DNA of 64,000 nt. Origin: Hypanus sabinus (lineage: Eukaryota). Below are positions 1-13,759 of this stretch, piece by piece. A model generated the notes under the pieces. It did not search any database. It was not told the origin of the DNA and saw only the letters and a program-made list of their open reading frames with translations. Numbering within the stretch: the stretch's first letter is position 1; each line of letters opens with the position of its first letter. The stretch spans positions 22,134,001 through 22,198,000 of the forward strand of contig NC_082731.1 in assembly GCF_030144855.1 (NCBI RefSeq). Direction: 5' to 3'. Both the position numbers and the translations under genes were made by a program.

Positions 1-660
1 AACGCTAACTCCTATTGACAAGAATGGATCTGCGGTTATAAGGTAAACAGCTTTAAGTTCCTCGGCATCCACATCACACGTCATCAAGGACTTCTGCTGT
101 TCTTTGCACACCAACTGTCTGATGAAAAAGGCACCACAGCGCATCTTTCACCGTGGACAGTTGCGGGAGATTGGTATTGACCTCCCACATCCTTTGAATA
201 TTCTACAGAGACAAAATTCAGAGCATCCTGACTGACTACATCACTGCCTGCATGGGAACTGTACCTCACTTCATCGCAGAATTATGTAGAGAGTGGTGAG
301 GACAGCCGAGTCCATCTGTAGCTGTGAAATATACATGCTTCAGGACACTTACAAAGACAGTTGTGTAAAAAGCTTCGCATGATCATTGGGGACTCGAAAT
401 ACCCCAACCACAATATATTCCGGCTGCCACCATGAGGGAAACAGTACCTCAGCATAAAAGCCAGGACCGGTAGGCTCTGGGACTGCTTCTTACACCAGAC
501 CATCAGACAGATGACGCGCGCAGATTCCATGCGCGTTCAAATTGTTATAAATTTCTATATTTGCAAAATGCACTTTTAGACTCAGACGCAACGTGGAGAC
601 CTTTACTCTTGTATGTGAAGGATATAAGAAATGAAGTAAATTAAATTCAATTCAATTCAG
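1..660 (+). mobile_element. Rex1/Babar-type non-LTR retrotransposon, 3' fragment (RT C-terminus and tail), decayed
   Basis: Frame-broken translation gives FKFLGIHI...KKAPQRIF...QSILTDYITA...VVRTAESICSCE...YLSIKARTGRLWDCF.HQTIR, matching the Rex1/Babar ORF C-terminus as I recall it. Ends in a short (TTCAA)-like tail near 640-660. Confidence 0.75.
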
Positions 661-2827
661 GCTCCAAAGGTTCCCTCAAGAAACAGTGCCTTCTGGTGCA
701 CCACCGTTTTCTTCCCATTTTTGAAGTGTCTCCGCCTTCTTGTAAGAGTCATAGCCAGTAGTCTTGTGGTGTCTACCCCAAATCCAATGGGAAAGTGAAC
801 CAGGAGTTGCATACACCCTGCAATGCCTAACCACTCCCAACACCATGTCTTGGATGATCAAACAGTTTTTGGCAGAGATCGCACAAAATAACATCCAGTC
901 CTCACGGCTCTACTTCTCTTTAAATGGAAGACAACGAGTGCTTGCGGGTCTCAAGGAAAATTCCTCTGAAAGCTGACAGCCGTAATGTTGACTCCGGAGA
1001 GCGGGGAGGATTTCGTGTGGAAAAAATACGTGAACAGCTTTTGGTACGAATTGAGTCTATCAGCATCACCGAAAATCAATTCAGCATTCATTTTTTTTCA
1101 GCTCGAACCGGTTACTGTCTCTGTCTTGGCCCTAGTTAACCCAATCCCACTTCTCCCCTCTAGGTAGGTGGCTCCACGTATATATCTCGCAACGCCTCCT
1201 GGTTCTCTCCGTATAGTTGATAATGTCCTGGACCTCGAGAGCTGCAATGGGTGTGGACTGAAGAACGGCATTCGATCTCGACGATGGACATCTTGGTCAG
1301 GTCGATCATTCGGCTGCTTTCTGAATGGAAGTGTTGCAAGCGTTAATCGTCGCTCATCATAATAAACTACAGCTGTCTGTTTAATCACTGAAGCTCATTA
1401 AAATTAAATTCGGAATAGAGCGGATACGCCCTTTCAAATAGTCTGTCAAGTTCCTTAAAGTGTCTGAAACTAATTTACAAGTTTCCTCCAAGTTTCGCGA
1501 ATTAACTTACTGCCCGAAGCAGTTGATAGAATGTGTTGACCGAATTAAAGTTATCTCTTTCAAACATTCCTGCAGAATGGCCAAGTGCCCAGTACGGAAT
1601 GCCCAGGAGCCACATTGCTTCTCCTAATGGCTCATTGGGTAAGAATACTCGAATTTTGTCACCAAATTTTGTTCTGGTCTTAAAACTCTGCTAGGGTCAC
1701 TTCCAGTGGTAAGCCGGGATATAAATTCCTCGAATTCGAAATATCTGTTTTCTCTTTGTTTTGAGTCTGCACACTGTCTCTACTCTTAGGTATTTCTTTG
1801 AAATAGATGCAGATCACATCCGTCTAATGTGACGCCCCTTTTCCATTATTCGATGGATTTGTCTACTCTTCAATCAGATCCCACCATCTGCAGCATTACA
1901 CCTTTCCCAGCTATCCTCTCCAATGTTCGCCAGTCAGATCCCATTCCTCACCAACGAAACACATCATCGCCTGCCCTTCCTAATTACGTTCCAAATTGTA
2001 CTCCGTCCTGTTCCGAACACTATTATTCGAACTTCTTTCCATTTCCATTGTTGTCCTGATACAGAGTTTCTGTCAGAAACGTCCGCCCTTCGTTCGTACA
2101 GCCTGAGCGGCCGATTTACCCGGGATTTGCGTGTGTAACTGCGGCAACTGTATAACCGAGATGGGACTGTGTTTCCTGAACCAAAGCACACGGAGGATGA
2201 TGAGTTAGAAGTTTCGCAGAATAACGGTAACCTAGAAATATCTTACTGAATGTCTCAACATAAGGTAGATTGTCGCAAAGTGTTTTCAGGAAAAAAAGCA
2301 TTTTGATAATAGTGGAGGCTAGTGGGAATAGAGTTCCTTGCGCGTTGTAAGAGACTCACGCAAGTGTAAGCTCAGCATTTCAAAGTATTTTCTCAACTAA
2401 TTACCGAACACAATAATGTGCAACCAACTAATTATGGTGCCTGCATCAGAATATGTTATATATATATCGGCTGCATGCAATACTTTAGTTTTGACTGTAG
2501 AGATACTTATCCGAGTGGTTTTTCAGTATTTATTATTACAGTATTTATTACAGTATTTGGCATTCTCTCTAATTTCTTAAAGCAAGATGCATTTCAGCTG
2601 GTAGTCGGATCTATTGGGGTATTCGGGAGAAGTTGAAGTATCGCTAGAATTGGAAGCACAGGCGGTGTTTAAGTCAATCCGTACAATATGTAGAGAGATT
2701 ACATTATTTTGGCATCCCCGTGACGAATTTGATTTTATACCAAAATAGTAGGCAGGGATGATTACCATAAATAGGTTTACGAGTTTCCCTGTATTTAATG
2801 GGACCGGGATTATTTTCCGGCTACGGA

Positions 2828-3780
2828 TCAGATTCAGATTCAGTTTATTGACATTTAGAAACCACAAATGCATTGCAGTTAAAAAATGAGACAACTTTCC
2901 TCCAGAATGATATCAGAAAGCATATGACAAAACAGACAGCACTAGGAAATCCACGTAACGTTTGGCAATCCCCAATCCAGAGTCCGGAGAGGCTGCTGCG
3001 TATTAATATCGCGCTACTGTCTACCGCGTTCCCCGGAAAGGAGCTCCAATATCCACCAGACAAACAAGACCAAAAACTAAAGCTACAAGACCTGCACAAA
3101 AACCACTTAGTTACAACATATAGTTACAACGGTGCAAACAATAGCATAATTGAGAAGAAAAAGACTATGGTCACAGTAAAAATAGTTCAAAGATGTTAAA
3201 GGACTATAAGTTCAAAATAAATCACCACACTCTTTCCAGACGTCCCCAAATTCCCGACAGACTTGCCATCCCACGCCGCTGGCAGAAGGGAATACCTCAG
3301 CTATGGACCTCCACAGAGCAGCCCGACTCAGCCTCGCAGACGCAGCACAAACCGAAGGCGACCAGACTGCAGCAGACTCCGAGTCAATTGAACCTCCCCT
3401 CCAGCACAGCTTCGCCGAGCACCATTCACTGCCGAGCGTATTAAGACGTCCCCGCCAAGGGCCATCGAAAACGTGACCCCGAGGAATGGGGGCCTGTTCC
3501 TCCCAGCAGAGTCCCGGACCTCACAGCAGCAGCAACAACGAAGAAGGTCTTCCTGGAGAACTCCCGAATTTCTTCTTTGCTCCCACGTCCGTTTTCAATC
3601 GATTATGTTTGCGCACGGCACACCACTTCACAAATAACAGATATTCAGCTCCGGAGTGGCCGCTGCAAGCTGCGTCGCGCCGCCATCTTAGAATGCGATC
3701 TTGTAATGGATCCACTGCACAAGCATAGAATTTATGCCCTGACCGAAAAGAAATCTGAAAAAATCTGCCCTAGCCGCTAT
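2828..3780 (-). mobile_element. Interspersed retroposon-like repeat with (CTGAAT)n tail, non-coding
   Basis: TCAGATTCAGATTCAGTTTATTG at 2828-2850 reads on the minus strand as AATAAA followed by a (CTGAAT)n tail. The body is GC-richer than the flanks and resembles a common elasmobranch repeat (recognised from memory). The right boundary is approximate. Confidence 0.4.
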
Positions 3781-6458
3781 TAAACTCTTCCAATTGATGC
3801 CCAAACGAATTTCACCTCATGAATTTTCATGTTTTTTTTTTCTTTGTCAGACCTCAGATGTAGGGATTTATAGCTCCACACAACGAAATAACTCAACAGA
3901 GCTGCAAAGGCGGTACGAATCCAGCAACTTTGTTTATAAAATGCAGCAGTATTGAATTGTTGCAAAATCATCCACATAAAGAGAAATAGTATTGTGGCAT
4001 TTCACGCGATTCAGCGAGGGAATGCAAAAATGTCCTGGACATCTGTGTCATGGTGCTCCTGACATTTCCGCTTAATTTGATAGAGGTGCAGTTTTTCACC
4101 GAATTATCCGTGTTCACCAATGAATTCAATGCAGCGAACAATCGGCAGCATCAATAGTACTCGAAGGCACCGCCCTACAGCGTCCAATTTGAAAGTGCAA
4201 TACGAAGTAAGTGATAATCTTCCTTGACTTCCTGCCTCAATCCCCAAATTAGAATCTTTGATGGAACGCGTCATTTATTTCAAAAAATACTAATTTCAAC
4301 ATCGTTCCAGTGAAAAACGTTTTTTGCAATAGAGTACTGCATTGTATCTTGTAAGATGGGTTGTACTAATTCCTCATAGGCTGGAAAAACACGTCCAGTC
4401 TGTTGTGCTATTCTGAGTCAGAATCGCCCATCGGTCGGAAAGGAGAAGTCTATACAATGTAACATTAAGCCGATAACATCTTTAATTGCAAGCGTTCTGA
4501 ACTTTTTCGTCTTTCGATAATGAGAATGTGGCGATAATCCCTCAGCTTTAAAATATATTGCTATCATACAACCTTTCTTACATGTATTATTTTTTCACTG
4601 ATGTACATGCAATAACACTTAAATTGAGTCTGCTGGAGCCCATGGATTATATTGGATTAAATATATATTCAATTAAATGTTTTTCATGATCTTGAGTTAG
4701 TCTTCATTCTTTTATATTTAGTATTGACAATACTTTTCTTCGAATAACTTGACAACCTGTTAATATATACGTTTTAATTTCGTAACGTGGGGTGTTATTC
4801 AACTGTGCAGTATGTAGTTTCTAATGTCTTTTTACCATAGGTCACACTATATGCATTCAAAGTTTCACGTGGTTGCAAAGGTGAACGATGAGGTTACACT
4901 CAATCCTGACGATTGTTTTACTTACACTGGGATGCCCTGCATCATTGCTCTTACCCACTGCAGCGGAGTAATACGTAGATTGATAAGACAAAGCATCGAT
5001 CTGATTTGCCGAGTGTAACAAGCTGTACTGGTGTAAGATGAGTTTTCTCTATTTTATGCTTTTCTGCAGATGATTTATTCAGGGGTAAGACTTTTGCAAC
5101 GATTTGAAAGTCATAGGTTTATCAGATCTCAGATGGGAAAATACATGAGTGAAGGGGAGCAACAGCTATTTGGAACCTATTCCTTTTGCGAGGAATCTCG
5201 TCATAATTTCTTGCTTTGAACCACACTCCAATTTGTTCCATCACTGAACTTTCAAAGAATATTGAATACTCACCGTTTATCAGACGTAATTTTCGAAAGT
5301 TGTAGTTATTATATGACTGATAATTGATTTACCTCTCTTTTAATCTATTGTTTTGAAAAAAAAAGAGAATAGTCTTTGTCATTCAAAATAAGAACGATTA
5401 GCGAATGCATCTCCTCTGGTACTTGCTGTACTATTTTCTGTCCTGGTATTCTATTATGGCGGCGTACCCGTAATAATATGTGTTGTTAGCTGATCTCTTC
5501 TCCTTGTACCGTTTGGTGTCCGACTAACAAAGAAGCAACGATTATTGCTTCAGATAGACAGAACCACGGGACTCAACGACTCAACGACTGTGGTATTGAA
5601 ATTCAGAGATTTACGACCCATTGCCGAAAGATATTCGTTTTTATCTCTTTTGCAATTTTCCGTCTTCAGTGAGGGTGTGTTGTCTAGACTCTGATTAATC
5701 CAACATGGAAAACATTTTCTGTCTGTCCACTCTATGCTGTTAAGTAACGTATTCAATAGCGTTGAACAGTGATTTCCACTCTCCATCGAATGCAGTTCCA
5801 GAGCTGTTCATAAGTGAATTCATTTATGTCAGGAGTTCCTGTGAACTTTATTTGTTTTCTATCAGTCTCCCAGTCTTCTATCCATGGCGATTTCTTTCCT
5901 ATAATGGTATGGGCTCCTATTTTGTTAAACAGCCTCTTGTGCTTCAACATCTAAGAGCCTGAAGATCCATGTAAACATTACAGACATACTTAAGATTGTC
6001 TAGGCCGACTTCTAATTCCTCATATAATTCAAACGGATTTTTCGGCCAGACTGTTCTTTAAGAAAGCATGTTGACTTAGGCCTGTTTATCAGGTTCATCC
6101 ACTTACCCCGAAACACTCCATGGCAGAGGAGTGCTTTTCTGTACCGTGTTCATTGAGGTCTGCGAATAGTGGATCAACTCATACTATAAACTTTAAATAT
6201 TTCTAGGTCACAACTGCTCACAGTTGAGGACGTTAGGTCTTCCGAATCAGTCAGTCACAGCGGAATTTAATCGATATATGCGGAAGGAACGAGTAGATGT
6301 TACACGATTTATACGAGCAGCTGTTACAGTCGCTTCTGTCTGTGACGTTTGCATCTCTGGAAGCAACAAAGTGCTTTGTGAATTGTCGATTTATAGGAGC
6401 GTCAAAATATAACAAATCCACTGGGAAACTAAACATTTCTTCAGATTTGTTTTACTGT

Positions 6459-7544
6459 TGTTACGAACCCCGTAACTGGGTGTCTTACAGCAAAGGTAGA
6501 AGTGTCCGTTGGAGTCTGGTAATACTATTTTCAACAATATTTATTAGCAAAAATATACAAAATTATATCAATGTGAATATACAGAGAATATACGTTAGCA
6601 ATTGTAAACCTAAAAGTGCGGGTATAATAATAATCACTAAAGAAACAAGCTCTATCGTTGTCTAGGGATAATGAATTGGCAGATGGAAATATAATGTTCA
6701 ATTCTGTTCATGCAGGCTGCGGTAGTTGTTGGTCNNNNNNNNNNNNNNNNNNNNNNNNNNNNNNNNNNNNNNNNNNNNNNNNNNNNNNNNNNNNNNNNNN
6801 NNNNNNNNNNNNNNNNNNNNNNNNNNNNNNNNNNNNNNNNNNNNNNNNNNNNNNNNNNNNNNNNNTATAAACTTGCAAACCTTCCTTTAGGATTTTGATC
6901 CGTCGATGCGTTGTTTCTGTGGCCACTCATGTATGACCTCTCCAACCTTTTTGCTACACCGTTCCTCCGTGATGGAATCGTCACCTAGGCAAGGGTGGAT
7001 ACACTCACAAGCTCTCACCAGTCTCGCTATAAAACACGGTGAGTTAAAATTTACCGACACGTCGTTTGGTGTCTGATGTCCCACACTGTCTCCTGGGTTT
7101 CTGCTGCTCACGAGCATTTCTCCTGGTGCGACTGAAAGGTGTTAACCCCAGACCTCACTTTTATCCCCACTCACGGGGTCTCAGGTGCCAATCAGGTTGG
7201 GATGATGTAACACATCAAACCAGCCCACTCTGGTTGCCCCCTGAGGGGTTTCAATGAATGGAACAGTACCAAGTACACAATCCTTCTCCAAAAGACAATA
7301 GCAGTAATCAATGGTTCCGCTGTCCTTTTGTGAGCTGGAGACAATCCACCTTAGCTGTGCCTCTCACTCATTAATTTTCATGAGCTGTTATCAATAACAA
7401 CTGCCCTGGCAGATTTCCTTTTGTCTGTCTTACTTCCTTGTTAGCAGCATCGAAATAGTAGCAATTTGCGATTTTCCAAAATGGGAGGGGGCATGGGCGA
7501 CTTTGCACCCTTCTGCCCATCAGAATTGCTCATCCTTCTTAACA
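6459..7544 (-). mobile_element. Solo LTR (family different from the Gmr1-like LTRs), contains an assembly gap
   Basis: Inverted termini TGTTA (6459) and TAACA (7544). Flanks CTGT / TTGT match at 3 of 4 bases (decayed TSD). AATAAA near 6541 and a TATA-like GATAAAA near 7160 are both on the minus strand. No coding remnants. Confidence 0.55.
6735..6865. other. Assembly gap (131 N)
   Basis: Run of N. Confidence 1.
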
Positions 7545-10500
7545 TTGTGCAGCAAAGCCAATATGATAGAAGATCCACTGAGGATGTAAAAAAAAAAATC
7601 CTCAAGCTATCAAGCGCAGAGTTTTCACTTCATTATCCATTGCCACTGTGCAGTGAATTACCTGTTGGATCATAAATAATATATATCTTAACGCTCTTGT
7701 TATATATACTTTCTTGAACTATCATTATTTTTTTTAATGTGGTAATATTAAATTCATTATTTTAGCCTCACTTTCTCGGTGCTCGATTTGGCTCATTGTA
7801 TTGATTTTGAAACTGTATATGAGAAATACGTGAATAATATATTCATGATATGTGAATCCACATTGGAACAGTAGAAGAAATCCAGGCGGGACACAACACC
7901 TATGTTACTGTAACCATTCTGCCTATCCTTGCTATTTACCTCAGTAATAAGGCCTCAATACCCTCGTTTACTTTCCAATTATTCCCGGGTTCCATTAACT
8001 ACACACACCTGCTTTCCATCAGAAAATGCTGGATAAAGGCCCTGTGGTCACAGCAAGGGTCTGCCAGTTCGCTCGTCCACTCCGGAGTGAGTAACCTCGT
8101 TTCATGGTTCTTAGGCTGGTCAGTTCCAAGTGTAGCATCGCTCCTGGATTATCTACTGGATACCGATTCAACGCACGCTACGTCAATAACATCTCAAGAC
8201 TCTGCCTCCGCGCTTGTGTTCTGCACTTGGGTTCGTCCGCGGCCACCATCTTGTGACAGCCATACAGGGTCAAAAAATAGTTAAATATATCAATGAATTA
8301 TCTTTCCTGCAATCCTTCGCACTCAGTATTTGGGAAATTAAACTAACCAAGAACTACAGAAACATCCACTGGACCTGCGTTTTTAATATATATATATATG
8401 CGTTTTTAATATATATATATATTGTTTTTTTCATGAACATCGCTATCAGCATTATGTGGGTGCATACATTCAATCCTTATCCTTTTATCCTTATGCTTTA
8501 CATTTCTCACCCACATATCTTAACTACGTCTCGGTTCATCTCTAATCATGAAGAGCCCTGCATTTAAATTAAGTTTGGCTATTTGGCTGTTCATGCATTT
8601 TCCAATCTTGCTTTTGTTTGAGAAGCAAAGGATATCGTTTAATATCTTATTCTACACCATCTCTGTGGCCAGTCATGTTCAGTTATCGCTATCGCAGCAT
8701 ATTTCTACGTACTTGTATATTATTCCACCTAACTTATCTTATTCTTCGTACTACTTGCATTTAAACAGAGCATCGTTCGTCTACTACTGATTCTTTTTCA
8801 TCCTTTTACGACCCATTATATAGTTTTGAAGAATATGATCGCTTTAAATATGGTACACTTATTCCGAATCATAAAAAGAGAGATTTTATACTCCAATGCT
8901 GTCGGCGTATTTATGAACGACTGCACAGGTTCTTATACAGCTACACGCTGCATCGATACTTCCAACTTAAATGACCGAAACTTTATCGTCAATGAAAATA
9001 GATGCGTGCTTTAACTTCCAATTTTCTATAGCAAAATATTGTTTTCAGCAATTAGGCATCGTGAGATCAGTGAACAATTGAGCAGAGTCCATAAATACCA
9101 TTTGGCTGTAATTAACCTATGGGAAAGACAACAACAATTTAACTCATAAGATGCATAATCAAGGCTATCGAAATTACATCACATTCTGCGTCTTTCACCT
9201 CGCCGAAAGTGGATGCATATAGTTAGATTATGATCTATTCACAACCATTACTATAAAGGGAGACAATAGTTTTCGCTCCAAAACGTGGACTGCACTTGCT
9301 TATTTTTTTTTTTTCTCTCTGCCTGGCCGACTGAATTCCTCCAAATGTTGTGTATGTTGCTCTATTCGATTTATCGTATATTTTGCAGTCATTTGTGTGC
9401 CAATTCCTACCGAGAACGCTCAGTAACAGTTTGTTTAACAAGTCATTAATAAGAGCAAAATGTAATTTCAAAAGAGAATATGATTGACAGAATTTGGACA
9501 ATAAGTTATTTGCCTAATGTACCGATCATTTTTAAAAGGAAATTGCACACTTGTAGAATACAATCCATAGAGCATATTTTAAGGTTTTCATACTTCAGTC
9601 ATAAATTGCATCTGACGAAAAAGAAAATGCGACTATTTCCCATTCTTTGTGGTGAATTTAAAACCTCTCCTCAGAAACAGCAGTGCAAGTGTATCGTTCC
9701 AGAAATAATCGACTGAAATACTAGGGGCACAATGTGTTGCATCAGAAGAGCTTCAGCACAAACGATTAATTTGCTCCTTCCGAAATATACAAGGCAGATG
9801 TAGGAAATAGAATCTCTTGGATCACAGATGGTGCACTTAAATTTTAATTAATACGTTGAAGAAATTTAATGTCAAGCATCCGCATCAATAGGCTTCGTGT
9901 GTAATTAATAGACAATCAATAGAATGAGAGGGCCAAGGTGAATGTAGTGAATAAATCAATATGCGCCAACGAATATGTACCCACTCCGTCTTGTTCTAAG
10001 TTACCTAACATCAAGCAGGAGTGAATATCATTTATACTAATTTTGAATGAGTACTTGAATGGTCCAATTGCTTCACATTTCGTTGTGACTAGTCATATGC
10101 CACACGATGTCAAGGAGAGTAGTACTCTCAACGCACGAAAGCAGCATTAGAGGACGGTTTATCCTTCGCTATGGGCTGAGTGTTCCGCAACTTTAATTAA
10201 TAAAGGCTACTTAATTAATCTGCAACGCAATATACGGACGGAGAGTCATCGAATTCCGGATTGATTCGCGTGGCAGGAATGCATGATCATCTGGAACATA
10301 TGCCGGAAGCTCCCAATCTCAGATCGAGGCGATACCGTGTCCAGGAGAGAAAAGCACCAGCGAGCAAACTGGTGTCGCAGGAACGTAATCTGCATTTTCC
10401 TATAATCATACATTTTTGCATTTGTAAATCTACTATCTATCACCATGTATTACTAATTTTGTAACAAGAAGATATTTATAAAAATAAACAGAGAAACAAA

Positions 10501-10697
10501 CAATTATCCACAGTCCTAACAAAGAAATAAATCATCACTTCTCTGAACTCAGATTATATTGCAGTGTACCTTATTCTTAGTTGTTCTTTTGGACATATTG
10601 GAAGGCAGATAATATCTTGTCTCTGACGTGGAGGTAAGAACGCTATGCACGAAATGTAGTCTATGTGATCAAGTCCCCAATCAACCAGAAAATAAAT

Positions 10698-13485
10698 TGT
10701 TACCGTGCCCCTGACGTGACAGTGGTACACTTTTAGATCGTGTTGGTCCATTACCGAAGACAAAAACTGGTTATCAGTACCTATTGACTATCATGTGTAC
10801 TTCCTCTAGATTTCCAGAGGCAGTACCACTTAGGAATATAAAAGCTAAAACTGTGACAAAGGCTCTCATAAAATTCTTTACTTATTTTGGATTACCTAAA
10901 GAAATACAAACTGATCAAGGCAGTAATTTTATGTATGGATTGTTTCAACAGATAGTATATAAATTGGGACCAAAGCAAATCAATTCGTCTGCATACCATC
11001 CAGAAAAGCAAGGTGCCTTGGAGAGGTATAATTCTACCCTCAAGAATATGATTAGGATGTAGTGTGTGGAAAAAGAAAATGATTGGAATTAAGTTATAAA
11101 ATTACTTTTATTTGCAGTAAGCGTATCGGTACAGGAATCTTTAGGTTTCAGTCCATTTGAACTTTTGTTTGGTCATAGAGTTAGAGGACCTTTAGCTTTA
11201 TTAGAAGAACAGTGGACAAGTACGGAAATACACACTAATTTGTTGGACTATGTCTTGAAATTTAAGGACAGGTTACATAAAGCTTGTAGCTTAGCCAAGG
11301 AAAATATAAAATTGGCTCAGGAGAAAATGAAAACATGGCATGATAAAGAAGCTAGGATGAGGATGTTTAAGCCTGGAGATAAGGTGTTCGTTCTTTTCCC
11401 AGTGCAAACAAATACTTTACAAGCTAGATTTCATGGTCCTTATGAAATTGTGTATAAAATCAATGATGTGGATTACGTGATAAAACTCCAGATCGTAGAA
11501 GGTCAAAACAACTTTGCCATATAAATAGGATAAAACCATATTTTGGGAAACAATCTGATACTGTGACTTTTGTGGCTAGTGAGAATGAGTTTGATTTAAC
11601 TGGGAACATGATAGATGATTCATCTAAATTTCATTCTAAATCCAACATGGTTTCTGTTATGTTACCAAATTCAACCATTCTGGAAAATATTGATGAGAAA
11701 TTAGTACATTCACAGCTAGAGCAGATACATCAGATGATGGAATTAATTTTTAAATATAAGGATTTGTTCCCAGATGTTCTGAGAAGGACTACTATAGCGT
11801 CACATGATGTAGATGTTGGAGATGCCAAACCTATTAAACCACTTCCATATCGGATGAACATAGATAAATGTGAACTTGTTGAGAAAGAAATTGAATATAT
11901 GTCAGAGATTAATATTATTACGCATTCTAACTCGAATTGGAGTTCACCCTGTGTTATGGTGCCAAACATAGATGGAAGTATGAGGTTTTGTACGGACTAT
12001 AGGAAGGTGAATGCTCTAACGAAAACAGATGCATATCAAATTCCTAGAGTGGATGATTGTGTAGATAAAGTTGGAAAAGCAAAGTTCCTTACAAAGATTG
12101 ATTTATTGAAATGATATTGGTGTGTTCCATTAACGGAAAGAGGTAGAGAGATTTCTGCATTTGTAACTCCATCTGGCTATATTAATATAATATTCTTCCA
12201 TTTGGGATGAAGAATGCCCCAGGTTCTTTCCAGAGGATGACTAACTCCGTGATTCAGGGATTGAAAGATACTGATGCTTATATTGATGATTTAGTGACAG
12301 GAAATAATACTTGGGAAGCACACATTATTGCGGTGGATAAATTGTTTGAAAGGCTTTCAAAAGCTAACTTAACTATTAATTTAGCTAAGAGTGAACTTGG
12401 ACATGCCACTGTGATTGTTTATCTCAATGTAAAATGTACAATGTAATTTTTTTTATGGAGTGTTTTTTTGTTGTAACGCTCCTACTGTATTGTGAGTTGT
12501 AAGATGTTATATGATTGTACTGCATATTGTGTATGTTATAAAATTTATATATTTGTTTTTCTTGAAAAGAATTTTTGAAAATGTTGTTCTTGTCAGATCA
12601 AAAATGATTTTTTGGAGGGAGGTGTTACCCGTGACGTGACAGTGGAACACTTGTTACGTGACTGCGGTTGAAACTATACTGGATATGAGGTAATGGTCTT
12701 GCGATGGTGGAGTGACGTCATTTTCCCGCCAGTAGAGATCATGTGACAGGTTTTTTTTACAGGGTATAAAAGGAGGAATGCTCCTTGCAAGGAGGGGCAG
12801 TTCGTGGCTGGATTTGACATGTTGACTTCATGCCACTGCGCCATTTCATGTGATAACGCAGTTTTTTTGAAAGATTTATCGAATGCCTAAAGTTTAAAAG
12901 GTCATTGCCAGCAGTTTATTTATAACACTGATATTTGAGAATCAGTGGAGAGTGAAGATCGGAGTTCGGGAGTTAATGATCGAGGAGAATTGATTTCGAC
13001 GGGGAAACAGGTTCGTCCATGTTTCATCCTTATACGGGAGGATTTCTTTGACTGTCCTCGTGTTAATCCCTGCGAAATCGCAGAAAGGATTGAGGACAGT
13101 GTTGTAAAGGAAAGGTCAGTGCCTTTAAGCCGTTTTGTTTCGTAAATTCTTCGTGGGAAAAAAAGTTCGATTTGGGAATCAAAACTACACAACGCGAAAG
13201 AGAATTTAAATCGTCTTAAAATGTCTCTACCTTAAATGGACTGCGAGCATTTTGAATTTTTGGCAATTCTACTTTAAAGAACTGTTTTTGCAACATCGCT
13301 TTAAGTACTGCCTCAGCTTCATTGCTTTAAGAACTGTTTAAGCTGCCGCACAGCAGATGAATTCCGGTTACGTTAGTGATTTGTTAACTTTTGGGGGACT
13401 TGTTTTCAGTGTTTAATAATCGTGTTATTTGTTATAAAAAACCCTTGCCTAATTCATATATATAATGTTGCCTGAATACGTAACA
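10698..13485 (+). mobile_element. Gmr1-like Ty3/gypsy LTR retrotransposon, internally deleted copy (5' LTR stub, integrase core, RT, 3' LTR)
   Basis: TGTTAC at 10698 and GTAACA ending 13485, flanked by a perfect AAAT/AAAT TSD. Integrase core (GPLPKTKTG, QTDQGSNF, HGPY) in ORFs 10784-11524 precedes RT (RFCTDYRKVNALT, YIDD at 12279-12290). PPT-like GGAGGGAGG lies before the 3' LTR. Confidence 0.9.
12623..13485 (+). repeat. 3' LTR (863 bp) of the deleted Gmr1-like copy
   Basis: TG...CA termini (TGTTAC/GTAACA), TATAAAA at 12765-12771. Aligns by eye along its length with 30799-31630 and 39360-40214. Confidence 0.9.
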
Positions 13486-13759
13486 AAATAATAGAAAATC
13501 ATTCACGAGGGAGCAGTTACAGATAAAACTATTCCCCGTCCTCTGTGGTATTTCCTGTATGTCAAAATATATGGAATTGTACAAAATGCCAAGTTGCATT
13601 AACAGATTCGATAATCGGAGACTTGCTCCTTTGGCAGACATATACAGTAGGAATTGAATTTCCTTCAATTGGATTGAAGGAATATTAGAGTAACATTTTT
13701 TGTACAGAGAGTTGCGGGTCCGTGGAACGACTTAAAAGTTGTGGTGTGACTGATATGTA

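Noticed and set aside
1985-2030. J-like IVFGTG...C|GTAATT on the minus strand
   Set aside because: Needs a frameshift to give FGxGT and has no upstream RSS.
1576-6165. Small AG...GTAAG exon candidates (63 nt near 1576-1638 on +, 53 nt near 6105-6160 on -)
   Set aside because: Opposite strands, unrecognised peptides and no coherent gene model.
7903-8258. TGTTAC...GTGACA LTR-like segment
   Set aside because: Flanks do not form a TSD and there is no related copy in the window; probably a repeat fragment but the boundaries are unsupported.
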